Shown here: piece after piece, positions 39,861 to 49,844 of the stretch | How positions within the stretch are numbered: the stretch's first letter is position 1 | Layout of the letters: each line of letters opens with the position of its first letter | IMG/VR virus record: IMGVR_UViG_3300048925_000594 | Length of the DNA: 64,000 bases | DNA from: an uncultured virus (IMG/VR IMGVR_UViG_3300048925_000594) | Taxonomy: Duplodnaviria; Heunggongvirae; Uroviricota; Caudoviricetes | Direction: 5' to 3' (one strand) | Made by a program: the position numbers and the translations under genes | The notes under the pieces: generated by a model | What the model was told of the DNA's origin: nothing | The model's database searches: none | Seen by the model: only the letters and a program-made list of their open reading frames with translations

Positions 39861-41486
39861 ATGGAATATATTGATAGAATTTTTTATAGAAAGATTAACC
39901 CCTCTGACTTTAAGAAATTATATGATATTGATAGACCAGATAGTGGTGGTGGGCAGACCTATCTTGAAGCGGCGGGTATTTCTAATGAAAAAATTGTTGA
40001 TTTTCTTGCTTATGCAGAAATTTCTAATAGCCCTTTAAAAGATGAAAAAAGAGCAATTTATACTTTTAATGCATATGTTCTTGGAATTACCAATAATGAA
40101 TGTGCACTCATTGAATTTGCTCCCAGAGGTGGTCGTAATAACTATCGTATTAGCCGCCAAAATATGAAGTATAAACATCCTGCATGGAGTTTGAAAAATG
40201 GTTTTCCAGAGCCTCTTAAAGATGCTTCTGGAAAATATACTTCGGATGGAAACTTTGATGGTATTATAGATAATCTTATTATATTAATTATTAGAACCAC
40301 ATATAGAAAATATTATGCAGGATTTATAAATTCTGTAATGAGGCCTAAAAGTTGGCCACAAGATATAACATTAGAGAATATTTTTATTGGAGAACGTCGC
40401 GGTGTATTGAATATGGATATGTATCAGTTACAGTTCCTTAATGTATTTGATAATCCATTTGGTGCTTATTTGCATGAAATTCCAGAAGAAAATCGTCTAA
40501 CTACCGGAGTAAATGTTTTATTATATGGCGTACCAGGTGCAGGAAAGAGTTGGACGATTGCCCATGATTATTGTAACGATGAAAGTAGAATGGAACGCCT
40601 GGTATTTCATCCCGATTATACTTATTCTGATTTTATCGGTCAGATTTTACCGGATGTTTCAGAAGGTATTGTAAACTATTCTTTTATGCCAGGACCATTT
40701 ACTTCTTTACTGAAGAGGGCGTATTTGAATCCAGAAATAGAATATTTTCTTATTATTGAGGAAATTAATAGAGGAAATGCACCAGCTATATTTGGAGAAG
40801 TTTTTCAGTTACTTGATCGAAAAACTGAAATTAGTGAAAATGATGATGGTTTCCCAATTGGGACAAGTGAATATGGGATTTCTAATGATAATATTGCTCG
40901 AATTGTATATGGTAAACCAAGCCATAAGGTTCGTATTCCATCCAATATGTCAATAATATCTACTATGAACACATCAGATCAAAATGTATTTACCTTGGAT
41001 ACTGCTTTCCAACGAAGATGGGATATGCGTATGATTGAAAATAATTTTGCCAATGTTGATCCTGAATTTGCAAACCATTCAATTCTTGATACAGATGTTA
41101 CATGGTGTGTATTTTGTAACTCAATCAATAATATTATCTTGGAGAAAAACGTTCGATTGACATCTTCTGAGGACAAGAGATTAGGCGCATATTTTATCCG
41201 TCTGAGAGATTTGATTTATGATGAAAATGCTGATAACCAACAACTTAGCCCGTTGGAAAGGACTAAAGCTATAAGAAATAATAGTCGTTTTCCTGAAAAA
41301 ATTTTAAAATATTTGTGGGATGATGCTTTTAAGTTTTCACGTGAGGATGTGTTTGAAGTGAATTTGTATAATAGTTTGGAGGCAATTATTCAAAAATTTA
41401 TGCAGGAAAAAGGAAATGCACGCTTTTCTATATTTAAGGATACTGTCTATGATTCACTTATGACCTCAGGTTTTAAGAATAACTAA
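39861..41486 (+). CDS. McrB-like AAA+ GTPase restriction subunit (LlaJI/LlaI type)
   Basis: GVPGAGKS, FHPDYTYSDF, IEEINRGN, MNTSDQN, LDTAFQRRW. Confidence 0.9.
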   Translation: MEYIDRIFYRKINPSDFKKLYDIDRPDSGGGQTYLEAAGISNEKIVDFLAYAEISNSPLKDEKRAIYTFNAYVLGITNNECALIEFAPRGGRNNYRISRQNMKYKHPAWSLKNGFPEPLKDASGKYTSDGNFDGIIDNLIILIIRTTYRKYYAGFINSVMRPKSWPQDITLENIFIGERRGVLNMDMYQLQFLNVFDNPFGAYLHEIPEENRLTTGVNVLLYGVPGAGKSWTIAHDYCNDESRMERLVFHPDYTYSDFIGQILPDVSEGIVNYSFMPGPFTSLLKRAYLNPEIEYFLIIEEINRGNAPAIFGEVFQLLDRKTEISENDDGFPIGTSEYGISNDNIARIVYGKPSHKVRIPSNMSIISTMNTSDQNVFTLDTAFQRRWDMRMIENNFANVDPEFANHSILDTDVTWCVFCNSINNIILEKNVRLTSSEDKRLGAYFIRLRDLIYDENADNQQLSPLERTKAIRNNSRFPEKILKYLWDDAFKFSREDVFEVNLYNSLEAIIQKFMQEKGNARFSIFKDTVYDSLMTSGFKNN

Positions 41487-41500
41487 GGTGGTGATACAGC

Positions 41501-42856
41501 ATGGACAAAGGCTCTGAATTACGAAATCGATGTCATATAAATAAAAACGAAGAGGGAGATCGTTTTGTTGGTGTTAAGGCAGATACTGAGGATGCAGTTG
41601 TTTATTTTCCTGTGGGGTATCAATTACCGGAAGATGATAATGAAATAAAACGGGATATTTTACATTTGTTTCGAGTACTTTCAGAATTTACTAATGTTTC
41701 TGATGAGGTAATGTCAATGAAAAAATTTGAAGCACCTCAATCAGTTGACTTTCCGATTAATGCATATCTTGAAATTATAAACTATTATATGGATAGTGGT
41801 TACTATATGGAACGAGATCCAATATTTAAAACAAGCGATCGCGGGAATATAGATTGGGCTCGTACCATACAAAGGCAACCGGCACTTATACAGGCGAATT
41901 TAACACCTGTTTATACACAATATACAGTGCGTGAATCTGCACCAAATAAAAACAAGGAAATAACTCGTATTCATACTCATTGTGTTTATGAAAGTTTCGA
42001 TAAACTGGGGTGGCTATTTACTCCATATATGCCGCCTAAGCCGACTGGCTCATTAGATGTAAAAAGGTTTATTTCGATATTAACGGACAAGTTGGGAAAT
42101 ACAAATAATGATAAAGATAAACGACTTTTCAAATCTATGCGGGATATGTTGAAGTATATGGACGATAGATCAATCGAGAAGCAGTTTTATTTTGGTACGG
42201 ATTATTTTGAAGGAGTTTGGGAACGACTTATAGATCGTATATTTGGAATAAAAAATAAACAAGATTATTTTCCGAGGACACGCTGGCTATTGCAAAGTGG
42301 AATGTATAAGGAAAAATATCCACTCGAACCAGATAGTATAATGATACTGGATGATAAGATATATGTTCTTGATGCTAAATACTATAGGTATGGGGTGTCT
42401 GGGAATCCAAATCATCTTCCGGATTCATCATCTATTAACAAGCAAATTACATATGGTGAGTTTATCTATAATCAGCAACATATTCCAGATGGAAAATTGT
42501 TTAATGCATTTCTGATGCCGTATAATTCTGCCAAGAATCTCTTTGAATTAAATGAACCATTTGGGAATATTGGAGTGGCAGTTGGAGAATGGAAACAGAA
42601 TATATATAACTATGAAAAGATACAGGGTATTGTTGTTGACACTAGATACTTGATGTATCATTATACAGGTAATCCAAAGAATAGCATTATTGCATTAGCA
42701 CAATCTATTGAAAATGCAGTTGCTGCTAATGATGGACTTCAACCAATAGCGACTTTTGCAGATAATTCTATGATTTATGACATTAACAATCAGGAAAGAT
42801 TGGCGATGGTAGCAGAAAGTCCAACTCCTTACGAAGTGAAGACTGATTTAGAATAG
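41501..42856 (+). CDS. LlaJI-family (McrC-like) restriction endonuclease subunit
   Basis: FVGV...VYFPVGY, IDWART, FE.VWE, LEPD...VLDAKYY, SINKQITY. Confidence 0.85.
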   Translation: MDKGSELRNRCHINKNEEGDRFVGVKADTEDAVVYFPVGYQLPEDDNEIKRDILHLFRVLSEFTNVSDEVMSMKKFEAPQSVDFPINAYLEIINYYMDSGYYMERDPIFKTSDRGNIDWARTIQRQPALIQANLTPVYTQYTVRESAPNKNKEITRIHTHCVYESFDKLGWLFTPYMPPKPTGSLDVKRFISILTDKLGNTNNDKDKRLFKSMRDMLKYMDDRSIEKQFYFGTDYFEGVWERLIDRIFGIKNKQDYFPRTRWLLQSGMYKEKYPLEPDSIMILDDKIYVLDAKYYRYGVSGNPNHLPDSSSINKQITYGEFIYNQQHIPDGKLFNAFLMPYNSAKNLFELNEPFGNIGVAVGEWKQNIYNYEKIQGIVVDTRYLMYHYTGNPKNSIIALAQSIENAVAANDGLQPIATFADNSMIYDINNQERLAMVAESPTPYEVKTDLE

Positions 42857-42916
42857 TTAAAAAAAGATCTCTGTTTTGCAGTAGAAATACTGTGAGATAG
42901 AGGTCTTTTCTTGATT

Positions 42917-44113
42917 TTATAGTTGTATTTCACGTTTCTTTTTTCTGTATCTATCTTGTGTGACACGGTTACTGCATTCAGGGCAACAATATTTTGTTCT
43001 GGTAGATGTGGTTTTAACAAGAAAATAGCGTTTGCACTTTGGGTTGGCGCATGGACGATAGAGTTCTAAGTCAGGCCTTAAGTAGAAAATAGAAAAATAC
43101 ACTGCACTTAGCAATGAATCAATTTTCCATGTTGGAGTCATCGTTTGAGCATTATACTTTGGGTGGATTCCGCTGAGGTTTGCATTAATTTCTTCGCCCA
43201 AAACAAAATGAGCTATTTCAAGCAGGGAGGTTTTCATGTTATCAGTGAGTTTTTTAAAATCAGCTGGCTCTAGGAATGTCAAGCCACTTACCATATCATA
43301 AGTCTTTATCTGCCCAATATTATGATGTAGATGGAAAAGGAAATCAATGATTTTACGTTCCATTTTAGTTCCGTTATAACAGCAATAAAGCTGGACTATT
43401 TGCTTATACAATGGTGTTGAATATACAGTTCCGTTAAGCGATATTCCGCTAATAATATCATTGTATTCATTGACATCAAACTCATATGAAGGCGAAACAA
43501 TAGTATCAATAACGGTATAAGTATTCTTATTGAAGGATTCTTGCTGTCGATCCCATGATAATTGCATGGCATTGGCTTTAGATAAGGTATCCACAAAGGA
43601 ATGATGGCATGTTTCATATGGTGTAGTAAGAGAGGCGATATCAATATGTATGGGAGTGGAGAGCATTAAATATAGTGTCAGATGCAAGATTTTCTGATAA
43701 TCTTTTCGGATTTCATTTGCTGCAGTCATTAGCTCCACTGTTGCTTTGATATGGTATAATAATTCATAAAGTGTCACTGCATTGATACTTTCATATTCTG
43801 TTGGACTTACCGGAAATAGAAATCCGTTTCTGCGAAAAAAGTTATGTAGTTCGGATGTCTTTTTACTTGGAAGTGCGATAAGAGCGCCGAGTATATTGTT
43901 TTCTTCGATCGTTCCATTTTCTGCAATTCGTGCCAATCCATTTTTAGCAATGTAAGAAAATAGAAGAGGTTTGTCGGGGATAGCCTGTAGCTTGTATGTG
44001 CTTATTGGAGGAAATCCAGGTGCAGTATGCTGAATGTCCTCAACATAGTCACATTTGCTGCTTTTGAATGTAAAAATATTACTCTCATAAAAATTTTCGA
44101 TAATCTTGGGCAT
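42917..44113 (-). CDS. CGNR-type zinc-finger domain protein
   Basis: C-terminal CANPKC..YF.......KYCCPEC.NR..Q..YR. Confidence 0.75.
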   Translation of the reverse strand: MPKIIENFYESNIFTFKSSKCDYVEDIQHTAPGFPPISTYKLQAIPDKPLLFSYIAKNGLARIAENGTIEENNILGALIALPSKKTSELHNFFRRNGFLFPVSPTEYESINAVTLYELLYHIKATVELMTAANEIRKDYQKILHLTLYLMLSTPIHIDIASLTTPYETCHHSFVDTLSKANAMQLSWDRQQESFNKNTYTVIDTIVSPSYEFDVNEYNDIISGISLNGTVYSTPLYKQIVQLYCCYNGTKMERKIIDFLFHLHHNIGQIKTYDMVSGLTFLEPADFKKLTDNMKTSLLEIAHFVLGEEINANLSGIHPKYNAQTMTPTWKIDSLLSAVYFSIFYLRPDLELYRPCANPKCKRYFLVKTTSTRTKYCCPECSNRVTQDRYRKKKREIQL

Positions 44114-44618
44114 ATTAATCTTCCTTTTTGTATGGGAAAAGTCATGATAGAGGTCATGGCTTTCTTTTTTTGCAACAATATAGTAATGATAAATTATATA
44201 TTATATTCAATTTTAAATGATTAATATAAAAAATGCAATAAATTTATAATTATATATTTTAAAAAGTAATGTGAAAAAGTGATATCTTCTATTACTATTT
44301 TGAATCGCTTATACTAATTATAGCAAGAAAGATCACGAATACATTCTATTGCTCAAATTGCAATAGGCCTATTGGATATATCTTACATGGCTCTCAAGTC
44401 GTTTATCTACATGAGCAACACTAACGTACATAACCAAAGTAAAAGAGAAAATGTTTCTTAGGAAGAGTATTTATAATGGGGCATAGATATGCGGTGACGT
44501 ATGTGCCCACTGTGAATAATGAGGATACTATGTCTCAATTTCGTGGTCGTAACACTATAAACGCAGGCGAGCGGTTTTATACTGTTTGCCACCTTACGAA
44601 AATACGAGGTGAAACAAT

Positions 44619-44801
44619 ATGAGTGAATTTTACGAATATGCAAAGCAAATTGTTGTACTGTTTTCTATTGATTTTCTCCGTGAATTGATTATTGGCGTGA
44701 GCGTATCTAGTATTATGGGCATTATTCGTTGGTGTCAGAAGAAGTGGAAAGAAGATAAAGAAAAGAAGTCGGCAGCGTTAGAAAAAGATATTGTAGAATA
44801 A
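44619..44801 (+). CDS. Small hypothetical membrane protein
   Basis: GAGGTG RBS; hydrophobic segment followed by a charged tail. Confidence 0.4.
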   Translation: MSEFYEYAKQIVVLFSIDFLRELIIGVSVSSIMGIIRWCQKKWKEDKEKKSAALEKDIVE

Positions 44802-44998
44802 ATTAGCTAGCTAACAAATGAAGCGCGATATATCCATCGTCTTAGATTAAGAATGGGTAGGAAATGGAGCATATTCCATTCTATAGCGGCCTTATGATAA
44901 TCAATATTATAATTCTAGTTAAAACCAAGCTCTTTGCAGCCGTGATAAATTCTATCGGGCAGCTTGGAGCTTTTCTTTTATTTTTCCCCTACGTTTTA

Positions 44999-45018
44999 TA
45001 TCAACTAGTAAGTTGACG
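44999..45018. promoter_or_regulatory. Operator-like 20-mer upstream of the repressor
   Basis: TATCAACTAGTAAGTTGACG; related copies at 46296-46315 and 46346-46365. Confidence 0.6.
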
Positions 45019-45078
45019 AATAAATGTTCTGATTTCTGGTAATGCTTACCATATAAACATTTTATAGGGAGAATAATC

Positions 45079-45468
45079 ATGGACACAGACATCCGATTGC
45101 GATTCGGAAAATATGTAGAATCATTAAGGAAGAACAAAGGAAAATCTCTGAGAGAAACAGCAAAGGCGATAAAAGTATCACCACAGTATTATAGTGAGGT
45201 GGAGAAAGGAAGAAGCAGTACCTTTACTTCTGAACGGCTGAAACTGCTGTCCTGTTTTCTGATATTGGATGAGAATGAAACCCATACCTTATATGATATG
45301 GCAGCAGAATCAAGGTCATCCAATGATATTGTCACCCCACAGGACTGCGCCGATTACATGCTTTGTAATTCTTATGTGGTTGAGGCACTGCGCCTGTCAA
45401 TGGAAACTGGTGCAGGAGAAAAGGAATGGCAGGTGTTTCTGGATGATTTAAAAGCAAGAAAGGGGTGA
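45079..45468 (+). CDS. XRE-family repressor (ImmR-like)
   Basis: FGKYVESLRK....SLRETA..I.VSPQYYSEVEKG HTH. Confidence 0.88.
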   Translation: MDTDIRLRFGKYVESLRKNKGKSLRETAKAIKVSPQYYSEVEKGRSSTFTSERLKLLSCFLILDENETHTLYDMAAESRSSNDIVTPQDCADYMLCNSYVVEALRLSMETGAGEKEWQVFLDDLKARKG

Positions 45469-45474
45469 GCAGAT

Positions 45475-46266
45475 ATGTACCAGCCTACACTAAGAAAACA
45501 AAGGAGCGGTATTCCCATTATGAGGAATAGCGAGATTGATGCCCATGCAGAAGAATTTCTGCGTGATTACAAACCTTCCCTGGTAAAAACGCCGCAGCCA
45601 GTGGATATTGAAGCATTTGCTGAGTTCTACCTTGACCTGGCATTAGATTACACATACCTTTCCCATTGCGGGCTGATATTAGGCCGGATGGTGTTCCGTG
45701 AGACAGAACGGGTTCCGGTCTATTTGCCCAAGGAAAAATGTGCGGATTACTTGTATGCCAAAAGAGGTACGCTGCTCATTGATAATACTTTATTGGATGA
45801 CAGGAAAGAGTACCGTTTACGCTCTACCATAGGGCATGAGTGTGGTCATTGGATATTCCATTCAGACTATTACACGATTAAGAATAAAGGAAATCATTAC
45901 AGGAATGTACGGTTAACGGAAATCACAGGATGTAAAAAGACGGATATTGAGGGCGGGGCAGATATAACTGGCAGAAGAAAGCTGGTTACGGATGTTGATT
46001 GGCTGGAGCATCATGCTAAGTATTTTAGTGCAGCTATTCTGATGCCAAAAACGCCGTTTATTCATACCGTATCGGATTTGGCTGATACTGGTTTGCGGGA
46101 TGAAACGGAGATGTTGGAGAAGCTGGCAGATATTTTTCAGGTATCGCCTGTTTCTGTAAAAATCCGTTTATCCCAGCTAGGTTTTGATAAATGTGTTTTC
46201 AGAAATGAAAGGATACAGAATGAGGAGCAGTTTAAACTTTTGCTACAGATACCAGGTGCTCTGTGA
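45475..46266 (+). CDS. ImmA/IrrE-family metallopeptidase (anti-repressor)
   Basis: RSTIGHECGHW (HExxH), E.HA..FSAAILMP, FQVS....IRL. Confidence 0.88.
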   Translation: MYQPTLRKQRSGIPIMRNSEIDAHAEEFLRDYKPSLVKTPQPVDIEAFAEFYLDLALDYTYLSHCGLILGRMVFRETERVPVYLPKEKCADYLYAKRGTLLIDNTLLDDRKEYRLRSTIGHECGHWIFHSDYYTIKNKGNHYRNVRLTEITGCKKTDIEGGADITGRRKLVTDVDWLEHHAKYFSAAILMPKTPFIHTVSDLADTGLRDETEMLEKLADIFQVSPVSVKIRLSQLGFDKCVFRNERIQNEEQFKLLLQIPGAL

Positions 46267-46295
46267 ACGGAGGGTGCCAATTTTAAAATAATCTA

Positions 46296-46365
46296 TGTCA
46301 ACTATATGGCTGACACAAATCTTACAATTATTTTTTTGCGTTTTGTGTCAACTACTTGACTGACA
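46296..46365. promoter_or_regulatory. Two operator-like 20-mers TGTCAACTA-N5-CTGACA before the early phage operon
   Basis: TGTCAACTATATGGCTGACA (46296-46315) and TGTCAACTACTTGACTGACA (46346-46365). Confidence 0.62.
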
Positions 46366-46384
46366 GGAAAGGAGCCGTACTGAT

Positions 46385-46555
46385 TTGAAAGAAAAGATAA
46401 ATTGTCCGATTTGCAGAAAAAGGGCTTTTGATATAAATTCTGCTGTAAAAGGGGAGGTGTGGATAGAACTGAAATGCCCCCATTGCAGAAATATTGTACA
46501 GGTCTGCTACAGGATTAGCAGGATACAACAAGAAAGAATTAAAAAAATAATCTAA
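46385..46555 (+). CDS. Small Com-like zinc-ribbon protein (56 aa, not in ORF track)
   Basis: TTG start after AAAGGAG; MKEKINCPICRKRAFD...IELKCPHCRNIV. Confidence 0.65.
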   Translation: MKEKINCPICRKRAFDINSAVKGEVWIELKCPHCRNIVQVCYRISRIQQERIKKII

Positions 46556-46599
46556 TAAAAGAAATCTACTGAGCAAAGGATCCGCATAAGCGAGATACC

Positions 46600-46647
46600 A
46601 AATAGCCGGAGTAAAGCGAGTTTTCAGCTTACTCCGGCTATTTTTTT
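46600..46647 (+). terminator. Terminator/attenuator hairpin in the leader of the sigma-like gene
   Basis: 15-bp stem AAATAGCCGGAGTAA / TTACTCCGGCTATTT plus T-tract. Confidence 0.7.
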
Positions 46648-46704
46648 GTCTATTTTTCTATTCCTGCTGCTGCCGCTTTACTCCCGGTAAAGAAGGGAGC
46701 AGAA

Positions 46705-47115
46705 ATGAAAATTCATTATGAATTTGTAACGGGTGAAAAGTTGGAATTAGAAGTAGATGACAGCATTGGAGAAATTGTCATAGAGATGGAGGTAATACAG
46801 TCTAGGAGAAACCGAACTGAAACAAGACGGCATAATTCCCTGGAATCCATGCAGGAACAACGGCCTGGGAGTAATCCCAAACAGTTTGTAGATGAAAAGG
46901 TGGATATTGAGCAGTTCATTGTAGATTCAGATGAGCGGGAAAGACTGCACCATGCAATTAGTCAATTGGAGTACAGAGATGCCCAGATTGTCCGCCAATA
47001 TTATTTCGAGAACAGAACCATGGAAGACATTGGGAAGAAAATGGGGATATCAGCCATGGCCATATCAAAGAGACTGAAAAAGGTACCAGATAAAATAAAA
47101 AAATTTATGGTTTAG
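46705..47115 (+). CDS. Sigma-70 region 4-like phage regulator
   Basis: RRNRTETRRH.SL; LHHAISQL.....IV..YYFE..T.EDIG...GIS..AISKRL. Confidence 0.8.
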   Translation: MKIHYEFVTGEKLELEVDDSIGEIVIEMEVIQSRRNRTETRRHNSLESMQEQRPGSNPKQFVDEKVDIEQFIVDSDERERLHHAISQLEYRDAQIVRQYYFENRTMEDIGKKMGISAMAISKRLKKVPDKIKKFMV

Positions 47116-47186
47116 TTTAAAAACCATAGTTCCCGTGGCTATATAGTAGGGACAAAAAATGTTCCAGAGCGAAAGGAGGTCTTGTT

Positions 47187-47324
47187 ATGAGGATGATACG
47201 GATTACCCTGAGAGAAGACGAAGATTCCAAAATAGCAGTATCAAGAAGGGAAAGGCAGAATGTATCTTTGACCTTTCTGATAAAAAAAGGGAAAGCAGTC
47301 GTGGAGATTGGGAAGCGTGTCTAG
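47187..47324 (+). CDS. Small hypothetical protein (45 aa)
   Basis: AAAGGAGGT RBS, ATG start, fills an operon gap. Confidence 0.45.
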   Translation: MRMIRITLREDEDSKIAVSRRERQNVSLTFLIKKGKAVVEIGKRV

Positions 47325-47356
47325 TTTAAAGATTTACCGGAAGGAGGCACGGATGC

Positions 47357-47740
47357 ATGAGGCTTGCATTGATTGTAACGAAACTTACCGGGAATGTGGA
47401 AAATGACCGGATGAGGGCAGCGGAATACTGCCGGTATGCGGCGCACAAGGGGATGATTCCCATTAGTGCGTATCTGAACTTCCACGGCATGTTTGAGGAG
47501 GATCTGGGCGGTGCCGTGGAGCATCTGCTGATTTCGCGGCTGGCAAAGCGGGCGGATGAGATATGGGTGTTCGGGAATGAGAAGGATGATGAAAAGAAGA
47601 AACGGATAGAAGAAGCCTGCCGGGAGTATGGCAGCAGGGCGAAGTATTTTGATGCGATGCAGATTGGGGAGGAGCTTCTCATGTGTGCCATGTACACCGA
47701 GGAACTGATAGAGCGTCTGGAAGAAATGGAGGGAATTTAG
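47357..47740 (+). CDS. Phage protein, DUF4406/nucleoside deoxyribosyltransferase-like fold
   Basis: G.VE.....A..YCR.A...G.IP....L.F; ADEIWVFG. Confidence 0.65.
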   Translation: MRLALIVTKLTGNVENDRMRAAEYCRYAAHKGMIPISAYLNFHGMFEEDLGGAVEHLLISRLAKRADEIWVFGNEKDDEKKKRIEEACREYGSRAKYFDAMQIGEELLMCAMYTEELIERLEEMEGI

Positions 47741-48097
47741 ATGAGTGCAGAATTATTAAAGATGGCGGACAGCCTTGCTATGGTTGTAGAGAGTCTGCGT
47801 GTGCTGGCAGGTATTCAGAAAAGTGAAAAAATCGAAGCCGAAGTTAGGCCGGAAGAGAAGACAGAAGCGAGAAAGGTGAAGGATGCTGAAAAGGCGGGTA
47901 AAAAAAGTACGGAGGATTCCGGGAAAAAGGAAAAGTCCGTGGCGGTGGAAGACATCCGGGCTGTCCTGGCCCAGAAGTCCCAGGACGGAAAGTCAAAGGA
48001 AATTAAGGAGCTGCTGGGCAGATACGGGGCGGCGAAACTATCTGTGGTGAAGCAGGAGGATTATCCGGCTCTGCTTGCGGAAGCGAAGGTGCTGTAA
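47741..48097 (+). CDS. Conserved phage protein upstream of DUF2800
   Basis: EDIRAVLA.KS..G....IKELL.RYGA.KLS......Y.ALLAEA C-terminal motif. Confidence 0.75.
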   Translation: MSAELLKMADSLAMVVESLRVLAGIQKSEKIEAEVRPEEKTEARKVKDAEKAGKKSTEDSGKKEKSVAVEDIRAVLAQKSQDGKSKEIKELLGRYGAAKLSVVKQEDYPALLAEAKVL

Positions 48098-49236
48098 TGG
48101 GAAGACATGCGTTATTGTCCGCGTCCTCTTCTAAACGGTGGCTGAACTGTACGCCATCCGCAAGGCTGGAGCAGCAGTTTCGGGAGGAAAGTGCCGGGGT
48201 GTATGCGGAGGAAGGTACGGCGGCTCATGCATTAGCGGAGCATAAGCTGAAACACCTTTTGAAACGGCGTTCCAAGCGTCCGGTGTCAGATTACCAGTGT
48301 GACGAGATGGAGGAATGTACGGATGAGTATGTGGCTTATGCTATGGAGCAGATAGAGCTGGCAAAGCAGAGTTGCCCGGATCCGGTTGTGCTGATTGAAC
48401 AGCGGCTGGATTATTCGGCTTATGTGCCGGAGGGGTTTGGAACCGGAGATTTGCTGATTGTGGCGGAAGGTACACTGGCGGTGGTGGATTTGAAGTATGG
48501 AAAAGGTGTGGCGGTGGAGGCGGAATGGAATCCGCAGATGATGCTGTATGGGCTTGGGGCATTGGAATTATTTGATGCTATCTATGATATTGATACGGTC
48601 CGCATGACGATTTTCCAGCCAAGGCTGAAATCGGTCAGCACTTGGGAGATTTCCGTGCCAGATTTGAAAAAGTGGGCGGCAAAGGATTTGGATCCGAAGG
48701 CGCAGCTTGCCATTAAGGGATTAGGGAAGTTTGTCTGCGGTTCCTGGTGCCGGTTCTGCAAGGCGAAGAATATCTGCCGGGCAAGGGCGGAGGAATATCT
48801 GAAACTGGCACAGTTGGAATTTCAGCCTCCGGCGCTTTTGACAGATGAAGAGGTGGCGGAGGTGCTGAAAGTGGCGGATGAGCTTGCCAGGTGGTCTGCG
48901 GATGTCTATGCCTATGCCACGAATGAGGCTGTCACCCATGGGAAGCAGTGGAAGGGATTTAAGCTGGTGGAAGGCAGGAGCAACCGGAAATATACAGATG
49001 AGGAAGAAGTAGCGGAAACGGCGAAGGCGGCCGGATACGTGGATATTTATAAAAAGACGCTTATCGGGATTACAGAGATGGAGAAGCTGCTTGGAAAGAA
49101 GAAGTTTACAGAAGTACTTGGGCGGCTAGTGTATAAGCCCCAGGGCAAGCTTACCCTGGCGGCGGAATCAGATAAGAGGGAAGCAGTTATAACAGCAACC
49201 GCAGAGGCGGATTTTAAGGAGGAAGCAAGACAATGA
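48097..49236 (+). CDS. DUF2800 PD-(D/E)xK (Cas4-like) phage nuclease
   Basis: HALLSASS..RW..C.PS, GFGTGD...DLKYGKG, NPQMMLY, WCRFC. Confidence 0.88.
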   Translation: MGRHALLSASSSKRWLNCTPSARLEQQFREESAGVYAEEGTAAHALAEHKLKHLLKRRSKRPVSDYQCDEMEECTDEYVAYAMEQIELAKQSCPDPVVLIEQRLDYSAYVPEGFGTGDLLIVAEGTLAVVDLKYGKGVAVEAEWNPQMMLYGLGALELFDAIYDIDTVRMTIFQPRLKSVSTWEISVPDLKKWAAKDLDPKAQLAIKGLGKFVCGSWCRFCKAKNICRARAEEYLKLAQLEFQPPALLTDEEVAEVLKVADELARWSADVYAYATNEAVTHGKQWKGFKLVEGRSNRKYTDEEEVAETAKAAGYVDIYKKTLIGITEMEKLLGKKKFTEVLGRLVYKPQGKLTLAAESDKREAVITATAEADFKEEARQ

Positions 49237-49781
49237 GTAATGAGAATATGAACCTGACAAAAGTGATTGTACCCTGTAGATTTTCCTATCTTCACTGCTG
49301 GGAGCCGAATGCGGTGAACGGCGGGGACCCGAAGTATTCGGTTTCGGCTATCATCCCAAAAACGGATACGGATACGATTGCTAAGATTAAGAAGGCCATT
49401 GAACAGGCAAAGAAGGATTCCGTTTCCAAATGGGGAGGCAGGGTTCCGGCAAACCTGAAACTCCCTCTGAGAGATGGGGATATTGAACGCCCGGAAGATG
49501 AAGCCTATGCGGAGAGTTATTTTTTCAATGCCAACAGCAGGCAGGCTCCCCAGGTAGTGGATAAAAACGTGCAGTCGGTTTTGGAACAGTCGGAGGTGTA
49601 TTCCGGGTGTTATGGAAGAATTTCTGTAAATTTTTATGGATTTTCCAGCAATGGGAATAAAGGAATTGCGGCAGGGCTTGGTAATATCCAAAAGCTCCGT
49701 GACGGAGAGGCTTTGAGCGGAAGGAGTAATGCGGAGGAGGATTTTGATGCTGTGGAGGTGGAAGAGGATTTCCTTGGATAA
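49233..49781 (+). CDS. DUF2815 phage ssDNA-binding protein
   Basis: PKYSVS.IIPK, PLRDGD, VYSGCY, GLGNIQK..DGE.L; acidic tail. Confidence 0.88.
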   Translation: MSNENMNLTKVIVPCRFSYLHCWEPNAVNGGDPKYSVSAIIPKTDTDTIAKIKKAIEQAKKDSVSKWGGRVPANLKLPLRDGDIERPEDEAYAESYFFNANSRQAPQVVDKNVQSVLEQSEVYSGCYGRISVNFYGFSSNGNKGIAAGLGNIQKLRDGEALSGRSNAEEDFDAVEVEEDFLG

Positions 49782-49844
49782 CAGGATTGGGGCAGTGGGA
49801 AACCGCTGCCCGTCATTTCCTGAACGAAAGGAGGGTGCCGCGCC

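Noticed and set aside
48097..49236. Cas4-like nuclease as evidence of a CRISPR-Cas locus
   Set aside because: Sits in a standard phage DUF2800-DUF2815-PolA module; no repeat-spacer array or other cas genes seen in the window
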